A stretch of DNA of 64,000 bases, taken from Squalus acanthias. Lineage: Eukaryota. Location: contig JASTWF010000499.1 in assembly GCA_030390025.1 (NCBI GenBank), positions 62,001-126,000 of the forward strand. The letters are read 5' to 3'. Of the stretch, positions 34,605 through 47,325 are shown piece after piece. How positions within the stretch are numbered: position 1 is the first letter of the stretch; the number at the start of each line of letters is the position of its first letter. Both the position numbers and the translations under genes were made by a program. The notes below the pieces were generated by a model. That model ran no database searches. It was not told where the DNA came from and worked only from the letters and a program-made list of their open reading frames with translations.

Positions 34605-36320
34605 TACCCCCTCTCTCTGTCTCAGACACCACCTAACTCACTAAACCTCCCTCCTCCCTCACTCTGTCTCAGACAGCACCTAACTCACTGAACCTCGCCT
34701 CCTCCCTCTCTGTCTCAGACAGCACCTAACACACTGAACCTCCCTCCTCCCTCTCTCTGTCTCAGACAGCACCTAACTCACTGAACCTCCCTCCTCCCTC
34801 TCTCTGTCTCAGACAGCACCTAACACACTGAACCTCCCTCCTCCCTCTCTCTGTCTCAGACAGCACCTAACACACTGAACCTCCCTCCTCCCTCTCTCTC
34901 TCTGAAAGCACCTAACTCACTGAACCTCCCTCCTCCCTCTCTCTGTCTCAGACAGCACCCAACACACTGAACCTCCCTCCTCCCTCTGACAGCACCTAAC
35001 TCACTGAACCTCCCTCATCCCTCTCTCTCAGACAGCACCTAACTCACTGAACCTCCCTCCTCCCTCTCTCTGTCTCAGACAGCACCCAACACACTGAACC
35101 TCCCTCCTCCCTCTGACAGCACCTAACTCACTGAACCTCCCTCCTCCCTCTCTCTGTCTCAGACAGCACCTAACTCACTGAACCTCCCTCCTCCCTCTCG
35201 TCTCAGACAGCACCTAACTCACTGAACCTCCCTCCTCCCTCTCTCTGTCTCTGACAGCACCTAACTCACTGAACCTCCCTCCTCCCTCTCTCTCTCTGAC
35301 AGCACCTAACTCACTGAACCTCCCTCCTCCCTCTCTGTCTCAGACAGCACCTAACTCACTGAACCTCCCTCCTCCCTCTCTCTGTCTCAGACAGCACCTA
35401 ACTCACTGAACCTCCCTCCTCCCTCTCTGTCTCAGACAGCACCTAACTCACTGAACCTCCCTCCTCCCTCTCTCTGTCTCAGACAGCACCTAACTCACTG
35501 AACCTCCCTCCTCCCTCTCTGTCTCAGACAGCACCTAACTCACTGAACCTCCCTCCTCCCTCTCTCTGTCTCAGACAGCACCTAACTCACTGAACCTCCC
35601 TCCTCCCTCTCTCTGTCTCAGACAGCACCTAACTCACTGAACCTCCCTCCTCCCTCTCTCTGTCTCAGACAGCACCTAACTCACTGAACCTCCCTCCTCC
35701 TCTCTCTCTGTCTCAGACAGCACCTAACTCACTGAACCTCCCTCCTCCCTCTCTGTCTCAGACAGCACCTAACTCACTGAACCTCCCTCCTCCTCTCTCT
35801 GTCTCAGACAGCACCTAACTCACTGAACCTCCCTCCTCCTCTCTCTGTCTCAGACAGCACCTAACTCACTGAACCTCCCTCCTCCCTCTCTCTGTCTCAG
35901 ACAGCACCTAACTCACTGAACCTCCCTCCTCCCTCTCTCTGTCTCAGACAGCACCTAACACACTGAACCTCCCTCCTCCCTCTCTGTCTCAGACAGCACC
36001 TAACTCACTGAACCTCCCTCCTCCCTCTCTCTGTCTCAGACAGCACCTAACACACTGAACCTCCCTCCTCCCTCTCTGTCTCAGACAGCACCTAACTCAC
36101 TGAACCTCCCTCCTCCCTCTCTCTGTCTCAGACAGCACCTAACTCACTGAACCTCCCTCCTCCCTCTCTCTGTCTCAGACAGCACCTAACTCACTGAACC
36201 TCCCTCCTCCCTCTCTCTGTCTCAGACAGCACCTAACTCACTGAACCTCCCTCCTCCTCTCTCTGTCTCAGACAGCACCTAACTCACTGAACCTCCCTCC
36301 TCCCTCTCTCTGTCTCAGAC
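34605..36320 (+). repeat. 45-47-bp pyrimidine-rich minisatellite
   Basis: Unit CTCAGACAGCACCTAACTCACTGAACCTCCCTCCTCCCTCTCTCTGT; remnants resume at 36783-36885. Confidence 0.95.
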
Positions 36321-36780
36321 AACAACAACAACAACTTGTATTTATATAGCGCCTTTAACACAGTAAAACGTCCCAAGGCGCTGCACAGGAGTATTGTAAG
36401 ACAAAAAATTTGACACCGAGCCACATAAGGATAAATTAGCGCAGCTGACCAAAAGCTTGGTCAAAGAGGTAGGTTTTAAGGAGCGTCTTAAAGGAGGAAA
36501 GAGAGGTAGCGAGGCGGAAAGGTTCAGGCAGGGAATTCCAGAGCTTAGGGCCTCGGCAACAGAAGGCACGGCCACCAAAGGTTGAGCGATTATAATCAGG
36601 GATCCTCAAGAGGGCAGAATTAGAGGAGCGCAGATATCTCCGGGGGTTGTGGGGCTGAAGGAGATTACAGAGATAGGGAGGGGCGAGGCCATGGAGGGAT
36701 TTGAAAACAAGGATGAGAATTTTGAAATCGAGGAGCTGCTTAACCGGGAGCCAATGTAGGTCAGCGAGCACAGGGAAGAT
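36321..36780 (-). mobile_element. L2 LINE 3' end with (TTG)n tail, inserted into the minisatellite
   Basis: ORF LADLHWLPV...FKILILVFKSLHGLAPPYL...LWNSLP...FKTLLKTYLF. Confidence 0.9.
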
Positions 36781-37482
36781 GGGCCTAACTCACTTAACCT
36801 CTCTCTTCTCTCTCTCAGACAGCACCTAGCACATTTAACCTCGCTCCCCTCTCTCTCTCTCAGACAACACCTAACTCACTGAAAGCCTTCTAATTTCTAA
36901 TAACCCTCTTTGGGGAAATTCATTTTTATAACTTCCCTTCGTTTCTCCCAGTGATAAACCCTCTGCCCATCTCCCTCTTTAGTGAATGTGTGAAACCCCA
37001 ATAAGCTCGTGTGTTTCAATCTTTAAAATGAGAATGGAGGTGAATACAATGTTGAGATGAGAAGCCACCTGTGTTGTGGTTCTTGGTGCTGTCAGGGTGA
37101 GGCCGCCCTCACAGACAGGAAGCCTGTTCATGGTGATAACATCAAACTGACGCCTGATTTCATTCTCAGGCAACACAACTTCCTGTTTCTCTGCTGCCGG
37201 TTCAAACCGCACATCTCACTTCTGAGCAGAAAATAAATCCAGGGGCCACAATCTGGTGGAAACATCTGACAAGGCGGCCTATATCTGGCACAGAGTCGGT
37301 GCAGAGCCACACATTGTGGTGACATTTACAAATGAGCCTGTTGTTTGTGTTCAGAGTCTCCATTCCCGGACAGGACTGGCGGTGTCTGTGGATCAGTCAC
37401 TGAGCTCCCTCTGCTCTCTGAAGCCGGGAGCTGGTAGTTTGCTCCCTTTCATTTTATATGAGGACATATTTTTTTATGCTGA

Positions 37483-39984
37483 GGTTCGGGATGGCACTAA
37501 ACGGGAAATTAGAGACGCGTGCAATAAGGGCACAGCAGTTATCATGGGTGACTTTAATCTACATATAGATTGGGCTAACCAAATTAGTAACAATACTGTG
37601 GAGGAGGAATTCCTAGAGTGTATACGGGATGGTTTCCTGGACCAATATGTCGAGGAACCAACTAGAGATCAGGCCATCTTAGACTGGGTATTATGTAATG
37701 AGAAAGGATTAATTAGCAATCTTGTTGTGCGAGGCCCCTTGGGGAGGAGCGATCATAATATGATAGAATTCTTCATTAAGATGGAGAGTGAAGTAGTTGA
37801 CTCAGAGACTAGGGTCCTGAATTTAAATAAAGGAAACTATGATGGTATGAGGCGCGAATTGACTAGGATGGATTGGGGAACGTTACTTAAAGGGTTGACG
37901 GTGGATAGGCAATGGCAAACATTTAAAGATCGCATGGATGAACTACAGAATTTGTTCATCCCTGTTTGGCATAAAAATAAAACAAAAAAGGTGACTCAAC
38001 CGTGGCTAACAAGGGAAATTAGGGATAGCATAAGATCCAAGGAAAGGACATATAAATTGGCCAGAAAAAGCAGCAAACCTGAGGATTGGGAGAAGTTTAG
38101 GATTCAGCAAAGGAGGACAAAGGGATTAATTAAGAGGGGGAAAATAGAGTCTGAGAGTAAGCTTGCAGGGAACTTAAAAACTGACTGTAAAAGCTTCTGT
38201 AGATATGTGAAGAGAAAAAGATTGGTGAAGTCAAGCGTAGGTCCCTTGCAGTCAGAATCAGGGGAATTTATAATGGGGAACCAAGAAATGGCAGACCAAT
38301 TAAATACATACTTTGGTTCTGTCTTCACAAAGGAGGACACAAATAACCTCCCAGAGATGTCGGGGAACATAGGGTCTAATGAGAGGGAAGAACTGAATGA
38401 AATCAGTATTTGTAGGGAAATGGTGTTAGGGAAATTGACGGGATTGAAGGCCGATAAATCCCCAGGGCCTGATAATCTACATCCTAGGGTACTTAAGGAA
38501 GTGGCCCTGGAAATAGTAGATGCATTGCTGGTCATCTTCCAAAATTCTATAGACTCTGGAACAGTTCCCATGGATTGGAGGGTAGCTAATGTAACCCCAC
38601 TATTTAAAAAAGGTGGGAGAGAGAAAATGGGGAATTATAGACTGGTAAGCCTGACATCGGTAGTGGGGAAAATGCTAGAGTCCATTATAAAAGATGTAAT
38701 AGCAGAGCACTTGGAAAACAGTGACAGGATCGGACAAAGTCGACATGGATTTACAAAAGGTAAATCATGCTTGACTAATCCACTGGAATTTTTTGAGGAT
38801 GTAACTGGTAGAATAGATAAGGGAGAACCAGTGGATGTGGTGTATTTGGACTTCCAGAAGGCTTTCGATAAGGTCCCGCATAAGAGATTAGTGTGCAAAT
38901 TTAAAGCACATGGGATTGGGGGTAAGGTACTGACTTGGACAGAGAACTGGTTGGCAGACAGGAAGCAAAGAGTTGGAATAAACGAGTCTTTTTCCGAGTG
39001 GCAGGCAGTGACTAGTGGGGTACCGCAGGGATCGGTGCTAGGTCCCCAGTTGTTCACAATATATATTAATGATCTAGACGAGGGAACTAGATGTAATATC
39101 TCCAAGTTTGCAGACGACACAAAGCTGGGTGGACGTGTGTGCTGTGAGGAGGATGCAGAGAAACTCCAGTATGATTTGGACAAGTTGGGTGATTGGGCAG
39201 AAGCATGGCAGATGCATTATAATGTGGATAAATGCCAGGTTATCCACTTTGGTGGCAAAAACAGGAAGGCAGATTATTATCTGAACGGCAATAGATTGGG
39301 AAAAGGGGAAGTACAACGAGACCTGGGAGTGCTTGTGCACCAGTCGCTGAAGGTAAGCATGCAGGTGCAGCAGGCGGTTAAGAAGGCAAATGGTATGTTG
39401 GCCTTCATAGCGAGAGGATTCGAGTACAGGAGCAAGGATGTCTTGCTGCAGTTGTACAGGGCCTTGGTGAGACCACACCTTGAGTATTGTGTGCAGTTTT
39501 GGTCGCCTTATCTGAGGAAGGATGGCAGGAATGACATATGAAGAGAGATTGGGTCGATTAGGCTTATGTTCGCTAGAGTTTCGAAGAATGAGAGGGGATC
39601 TCATTGAAACTTATAAAATTCTAACAGGACTAGACAGACTAGATGCAGGAAGGATGTTCCCGATGGCCGGGAGTCCAGAACCAGGGGTCACAGTCTAAGG
39701 ATAAGAGGTAACCCATTTAGGACTGAGATGAGGAGGAATTTCTTCACCCAGAGAGTGGTGAACCTGTGGAATTCTCTACCACAGAAGGCAGTTGAGGCCA
39801 ATTCATTAAATATATTCAAGAAGGAGATAGATATATTTCTTAAGGCTAAAGGGATCAAGGGATATGGGGAGAAAGCAGGGACAGGGTACTGAATTTGGAT
39901 GATCAGCCATGATCTCATTAAATGGCGGAGCAGGCTCGAGGGGCCGAATGGCCTACTCCTGCTCCTATCTTCTATGTTTCTATG
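37483..39984 (+). mobile_element. Young CR1 (APE C-terminus, RT, 3' UTR)
   Basis: ORF 37256-39541 GDFN...SDH...FADD; 53-bp internal deletion near 39523. Confidence 0.95.
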
Positions 39985-40480
39985 CAGTAACCCGGTGGAC
40001 ATTAGGACCCTGCGGCCGCTCATCCGGCGGTGCTGTGAGGTCACGGTTCCAGGCTCTGTCACACAATCAGTGGAAGCTCAATAGAAAATACTGCAGGAAA
40101 ACAATCCTTAACATTAAAAACTGTGAGCAATCGGCACAGGACAACACCAGTGTGAATTAGTAAACTTTAACACACAGAGTTTGCCACTAAGTGGTGCAAA
40201 GTTCAGTGCACTATTGCTCACCTTTAGTCCTGTCCCTCAATCCCAGTTCATCTCTGGGAGATTGTTCCAAGATTCACCCCATCCTTTCAACACAAATATT
40301 ACCGACAAAATACCCGATCAATTAGAAATTACACACAGCTTCTCATAGTTATTCACAAGAATAAACCTGCTTCTCAGTAAAAAATGATTTCTTCCTTCCA
40401 CCCACGCAAATACATATCTTTACTTATATCAATATCTATCTATTCCTCTATCTATCATCTGACTGTCTATCTAACAGACG
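39985..40480 (-). repeat. Inverted partial copy (C) of the duplication unit
   Basis: Reverse complement of ~26500-27005. Confidence 0.9.
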
Positions 40481-40481
40481 C

Positions 40482-41135
40482 ATGGTCTAGTGTAATATAA
40501 ACAGAGACAGGGTCTAGTGTAATATAAACAGAGACAGGGTCTAGTGTAATATAAACAGAGACAGGGTCTAGTGTAATATAAACAGAGACAGGGCCTAGTG
40601 TAATATAAACAGAGACAGGGTCTAGTGTAATATAAACAGAGACAGGGTCTAGTGTAATATAAACAGAGACAGGGTCTAGTGTAATATAAACAGAGACAGG
40701 GCCTAGTGTAATATAAACAGAGACAGTGTCTAGTGTAATATAAACAGAGACAGGGTCTAGTGTAATATAAACAGAGACAGGGCCTAGTGTAATATAAACA
40801 GAGACAGGGTCTAGTGTAATATAAACAGAGACAGGGTCTAGTGTAATATAAACAGAGACAGGGTCTAGTGTAATATAAACAGAGACAGGGTCTAGTGTAA
40901 TATAAACAGAGACAGGGTCTAGTGTAATATAAACAGAGACAGGGTCTAGTGTAATATAAACAGAGACAGGGTCTAGTGTAATATAAACAGAGACAGGGTC
41001 TAGTGTAATATAAACAGAGACAGGGTCTAGTGTAATATAAACAGAGACAGGGTCTAGTGTAATATAAACAGAGACAGGGTCTAGTGTAATATAAACAGAG
41101 ACAGGGTCTAGTGTAATATAAACAGAGACAGATTC
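40482..41135 (-). repeat. 27-bp minisatellite array, inverted
   Basis: About 24 units of TCTAGTGTAATATAAACAGAGACAGGG. Confidence 0.95.
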
Positions 41136-41374
41136 TTGTACCGTAATCAGCGAGACTGGACCTAGTGTAATGAAGAGTGATGCGGTCTAATGTAATATAA
41201 ACAGAGACATGCTTTAAAGCAGGAATTAAAGAGCCATGGTATGGTGTAATACAAACAGGCACGGTCAGTAATAACTGAGATAGGTTCTAGTGTAATGTAG
41301 AAAGAGACTGTGTCTAGTCACTATTACCGAGACAGGATATAATGTAATATAAACAGAGAAATGATCTGGTATTG

Positions 41375-42830
41375 TAGTTATAGGCCAGTCACTTCAGTGG
41401 TGGGAAAATTATTGGAAAAAATTCTGAGGGACAGTATTAATCATCATTTAGAAAGTTACGATTAATCAAGAACAGTCAGCATGGATTTGTTAATGGAAGG
41501 TCGTGTCTGACTAACTTCATTGAATTTTTTTGAGGAGGTAACAAGGAGGGTCGACGAGGGTAATGCATTTGATGTAGTCTGCATGGATTTTAGCAAGGCG
41601 TTTGACAAGGTCCCACATGGCAGACTGGTCAGAAAAACTTTAGCCCATGGGGTCCAAGAGAAAGTGGCAAGTTGGATCCAAAATTGGCTCAGTGGCAGGA
41701 AGCAAAGGGTAATGGTCGACGGGTTCTTGTGTGACTGGAAGGCTGTTTCCAGTGGGGTTCCACAGGGCTCAGTACTGGGTCCCTTGCTGTTTGTGGTATA
41801 TATCAATGATTTAGACTTCACTGTATGGGGCAAGCTTAAAAATTTGCAGATGATACAAAAATTGGCCATGTGGATGTTAGTGAGGAAGAAGGAAGATATC
41901 AATGGCCTGGTCAAGTGGGCAGAAAAGTGGCAAATGAAATTCAATCCGGAGAAGTGTGAGGTAATGCATTTGGGCGGGCTAACAAGAGAAGGGAATACAC
42001 AATAAATAGTAGGATACCGAGAATGTAGAGGAACAGAGGGACATTGCAGTACATGTCCACAGATCCCTGAAGGTAGCAGGACAGGTAGATAAGATGGTTA
42101 ATAAGGCATACGGGATATTTTCCTTTATTAGCTGAGGCATAGAATATAAGAGCAGGGAGGTTATGCTTGAACTGTATAAAATACTAGTTAGGACACAGCT
42201 AGAATACTGCGTACAGTTCTGGTCACCACATTACAGGAAAGATGTGATTGCACTAGAGAGGGTACAGAGGAGATTTACAAGGATGTTGCCAGGACTGGAG
42301 AATTTTAGCTATGGGGAAAGATTGGCTAGGCTGAGGTTGTTTTCTTTGGAACAGAGCTTGCTGAGGGGAGACTTGATTGAGGAGTATAAAATTATGAGGG
42401 GCCCAGATAGAGTGGATAGGAAGGACCTATTTCCCTTAGCAGAGGGGTCAATAACCAGGGGGCATAGATTTAAAGTAATTGGTAGAAGGATTAATGGAGA
42501 GATGAGGAGAATTTCTTTCACCCAGAGAGTGGTGGGGTCTGAAACTCACTGCCTGAAAGGTTCATAGAGGCAGAAACCCTCATCGCATTAAAAAGTACTT
42601 GGATAAGCACTTGAAGAGCCGTAACCTACAGGGCTACGGACCAAGAGCTGGAATGTGGGATGAGGCTGGAATGTGGGATGAGGCTGGAATGTGGGATGAG
42701 GCTGGAATGTGGGATGAGGCTGGAATGTGGGATGAGGCTGGAATGTGGGATTAGGCTGGAGAGCTCTTTTTCCACCGGCGCAGACGCGATGGGCCGAATG
42801 GCCTCCTTCTGTGCTGTAAACCTCTGTGAT
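41375..42830 (+). mobile_element. Degenerate CR1 RT and 3' end
   Basis: [29 protein letters not shown]; frameshifts. Confidence 0.9.
42648..42760 (+). repeat. 18-bp tandem repeat x6 inside the CR1 3' UTR
   Basis: CTGGAATGTGGGATGAGG. Confidence 0.9.
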
Positions 42831-43209
42831 TCTATCACAACCTTTCATAATTTTGATCACCTCTATTAAATCACCCTTTAACCTTCTCTGCTCTAAGTCG
42901 AACAATCCCAGCTTCTCCAGTCTCCGCATAACTGAAATCCCACATCCCGGATACAATTCCAGTAAATCTGCTCTGCACCATCTCCAAGAAAGTGACATCC
43001 TCCTAAAGTCTGGATTGAAATAAAGTCAATCTTTATTGCTCCTTCAGAGTATTTCTGAGGATGCATTTGGTCTCTTGAAATTGGACTGAGCAGTAATCTG
43101 AGTATTATTAATGATGAATTGATGACAATGATTTGACTTGTTCTGACAGTGCAGACGTCTGTGCTCAGCAACATCGGCCTCTGCGAGATTCATCGTTCAA
43201 TCAGCTCAC

Positions 43210-43227
43210 TGTCGCCACCTGCTGGTG
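43210..43227 (-). promoter_or_regulatory. CTCF-binding motif
   Basis: Reverse complement CACCAGCAGGTGGCGACA. Confidence 0.6.
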
Positions 43228-43531
43228 ATAAACAGCTACTGCAGGCGCCAGAGTTTCCTTTTAAACATGATTCAGAATTCCACAGACAGCAACTTGCACT
43301 GACCCAGTGACGCTCACCCAGAGGAGTTTCTCAGATCAAACCACAAGAGGGCCAAGGTGAATGAAGGGAGGAAGGACCAAAATTACTGCTTTAAATTCGG
43401 AGGAGCTTTTCGTGGGAAGGTGGGAAGTTATTTTGGAAGAAAGTGGCAATGAAGAAGGTAAAGGCAACTGTAAAACCCACAAACCACCTGGAATGGTGGT
43501 GGAGGAGGAACAGCTGCATCTGGAACGGTCG

Positions 43532-45570
43532 CATCGTGGCTCTGTTACTGGGCCAGTAATCCAGGGACCTGGACTAATGATCCAGAGACGTGAGTTCAAA
43601 TCCCACCACGGCAGCTGGGGAATTTAAATTCCATTCATTAAATCAATCTCTGAAATGGCCCAGCAAGCCACTCAGTTGTAACAAACCGCTACAAAAAGCA
43701 ATAAGAATAATAAAACCGGACGGCCCACCCGGCATCGACCTAGGCACCGGCTTCGGCACACCCAGCCCAGTCGACCCTGCAAAGTCCTCCTCACTAACAT
43801 CTGGGGACTTGTACCAAATTTGGGAGAGCTGTCCCACAGACTAGTCAAGCAACAGCCTGACATCGTCATACTCACAGAATCATACCTTTCAGCCAATGTC
43901 CCAGACTCCTCCATCACCATCCCTGGGTATGTCCTGTCCCACCGGCAGGACAGACCCACCAGGGGTGGCGGCACAGTGGTATACAGTCGGGAAGGAGTGG
44001 CCCTGGGAGTCCTCAACATTGACTCCGGACCCCATGAAGTCTCATGGCTTCAGGTCAAGCATGGGCAAGGAAACCTCCTGCTGATTACCACCTACCGCCC
44101 TCCCTCAGCTGATGAATCAGTGCTCCTCCATGTTGAACACCATTTAGAAGAAGCACTGAGAGTAGCAAGGGCACAGAATGGGGGACTTCAATGTCCAGCA
44201 CCAAGACTGCCTCGGTAGCACCACTACTGACCGAGCTGGCCGAGTCCTGAAGGACATACCTGCCAGACTGGGCCTGCGGCAGGTGGTGAGAGAACCAACA
44301 CGAGGGAAAACCCTACTTGACCTCGTCCTCACCAATCTACCTGTCGTAGATGCATCTGTCCATGACAGCATTGGTAGCAGTGACCAGCGCACAGCCCTTG
44401 TGGAGACGAATCCTGTCTTCACACTGAGGACACCCTCCATCGAGTTGTGTGGCACTACCACCGTGCTAAATGGGATAGATTCAGAACAGATCTAGCAGCT
44501 CAAAACTGGGCATCCATGAGGCGCTGTGGGCCATCAGCAGCAGCAGAATTATATTCCACCACAATCTGTAACCTCATGGCCTGGCATATCCCTCACTCTA
44601 CCATTACCATCAAGCCAGGGGACCAACCCTGGTTCAACGAGGAGTGCAGAAGAGCATGCCAGGAGCAGCACCACAGCGTACCTACAAATGAGGTGCCAAC
44701 CTGGGGAAGCTGCAACACAGGACTACATGCATGCTAAAAAGCGGAAGCAGCATTCTATAGACAGAGTTAAGCGATCCCACAATCAACGGATCAGATCAAA
44801 GCTCTTCAGTCCTGCCACATCCAGTCATGAATGGTGGAGGACAATTAAACAGCTAACGGGAGGAGGAGGCTCCGTGATTATCCCCATCCTCAATGATGGC
44901 AAAGCCCAGCACACGAGTGCAAAAGACAAGGCTGAAGCGTTTGCAAAAATCTTCAGCCAGAAGTGCCGATAAGAGCTGAATTCCAGAGGTGAGGTGAGAG
45001 TGTACTTGACATCAAGGCAGCATTTGACCGAGTGTGGCATGAAGGAGCCCCAGTAAAATTGGAGTCAATTGGAATCAGGGGGTAAACTCTCCACTGGCTG
45101 GAGTCATACCTAGCACAAAGGAAGATATTTGTGGTTGTTGGAAGTCAATCATCTCAGCCCCAGGACATCGCTGCAGGAGTTCTTCAGGGCAGTGTCCTAG
45201 GCCCAGCCATCTTCAGCTGCTTCATCAATGACCTTCGCTCCATCATAAGGTCAGAAGAGGGGATGTTCGCTGATGATTGCACAGTGTTCAGTTCCATTTG
45301 CAACTCCTCAGATAATGAAGCAGTCCATGCCCGTATGCAGCTCGACCTGGACGACATTCAATCTTAGGCTGATAAGTGACAGGTAACATTCGCACCACAA
45401 CAAGTGCCAGGCAATGACTAACGCCAAGAAGCGAGAGTCTAACCACCGCCCCTTACTATTAAACGGCATTACCATCGCCGAATCCCTCACCATAAACATC
45501 CGGGGCGTCACCATTGACCAGAAACTTAACTAGACCCGCCATATAAATACTGTGGCAACAAGAGCAGGTC
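43532..45570 (+). mobile_element. CR1-group LINE with a tRNA-derived 5' head followed directly by APE and partial RT
   Basis: B box GAGTTCAAATCC 43592-43603; QPDIVILTES, YRPP, GDFNV, SDQ; GVLQGSVLGP, MFADD. Confidence 0.85.
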
Positions 45571-45780
45571 GGGGGGGGGCAGATTCAGGAAAGAGTAAAT
45601 TTAAAAGCAGCGACAGAAATGACAAGGCTCGAGCGCAGAGCAGAGTTTTGGGTAAAAATAAACAGAGTGGGTCAGGAAGGGACAGAGTGAGTAACAAAGG
45701 TAATACAGCATCAGTGACTAAGGTGACATCAGGGAAAAATAGAAAAAAATCAAAGCTAAAGGCACTCTATCTGAATGCGC

Positions 45781-46593
45781 GTGGATAAATGCGAGGTTAT
45801 CCACTTTGGTGACAAAAACAGGAAGACAGATTATTATCTGAACGGCAATAGATTGGGAAAAGGGGAAGTGCAACGAGATCTGGGAGTCCTTGTGCACCAG
45901 TCGCTGAAGGTAAGCATGCAGGTGCAGCAGGCGGTTAAGAAGGCAAATGGTATGTTGGCCTTCATAGCGAGAGGATTCGAGTACAGGAGCAAGGATGTCT
46001 TGCTGCAGTTGTACAAGGCCTTGGTGAGACCACACCTTGAGTATTGTGTGCAGTTTTGGTCGCCTTATCTGAGGAAGGATGTTCTTGCCATGGAGGGAGT
46101 GCAGCGAAGATTTACCAGACTGATACCTGGGATGGCAGGAATGACGTATGAAGAGAGATTGGGTCGATTAGGCTTATATTCGCTAGAGTTTAGAAGAATG
46201 AGAGGGGATCTCATTGAAACTTATAAAATTCTAACAGGACTAGACAGACTAGATGCAGGAAGGATGTTCCCGATGGCGGGGAGTCCAGAACCAGAGGTCA
46301 CAGTCTAAGGATAAGGGGTAAGCCATTTAGGACTGAGATGAGGAGGAATTTCTTCACCCAGAGAGTGGTGAACCTGTGGAATTCTCTACCACAGAAGGCA
46401 GTTGAGGCCAATTCATTAAATATATTCAAGAAGGAGATAGATATATTTCTTAAGGCTAAAGGGATCAAGGGATATGGGGAGAAAGCAGGGACAGGGTACT
46501 GAATTTGGATGATCAGCCATGATCTCATTAAATGGCGGAGCAGGCTCGAGGGGCCGAATGGCCTACTCCTGCTCCTATCTTCTATGCTTCTAT
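45781..46593 (+). mobile_element. Nested young CR1 3' fragment
   Basis: Nearly identical to 39224-39984 and to the 30157-31358 element. Confidence 0.9.
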
Positions 46594-47325
46594 GCAACAA
46601 AGCAGATGAATTAATAGCGGAGGTAGAAATTAATAGGTTTGATCTAATAGCAATTACGGAAACGTGGTTGCAAAGTTGGGAACTAAATATTTCAGGATAC
46701 TTAACTTTTAGAAGAGATAGGCAAAATGGAAAAGGAGGAGGGGTAGCCCTGATAATAAAGGATGGGATAAAGACAGGAGAGAGAAAGGATCTTAGCTCCA
46801 AAAATCAAGAAGTAGAATCAGTTTGGGTGGAGCTAAGAAACAGCAAGGGGCAGCAAACATTGGTGGGAGTTGTTTATAGGCCCTCAAACAGTAGTTGTAA
46901 TGTAGGGCAGAGTATAAATCAGGAAATTAGAGGCACATGTAACAAGGGTAATACAGTAATCATTGGGGACTTTAATCTACATATAGACTGGGCAAACCAA
47001 ATTTGCAGTAATAGTGTGGAGGATAAATTCATGGAAATTATACAACATAGTTTTCTAGATCAGTATGTTGAGGAACCAACAAGGGAACAGGCGATTTTAG
47101 ATCTAGTATTGTGCAATGAGAAAGGGTTAATTAATAACCTTTTAATAAAGGGGCCCTTAGAGAAGAGTGACCATAATATGATAGAATTTTATATTAAGTT
47201 TGAAAGTGATTTCATTAAATCCAAAACTAGGGTCTTAAATCTAAACAAAGCAAACTACATAGGTATGAGGGGCGAGTGGGCTAAGGTAGATTGGGAAACT
47301 ACATTAAAAGGTATGACGGTAGACA

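Noticed and set aside
11955-36320. Regular repeat arrays as CRISPR-like loci
   Set aside because: Head-to-tail tandem units with no unique spacers, in a vertebrate context
37256-39541. 761-aa ORF as a domesticated or chimeric gene
   Set aside because: 5'-truncated young CR1 with chance upstream read-in, a non-ATG start and a frameshifting deletion
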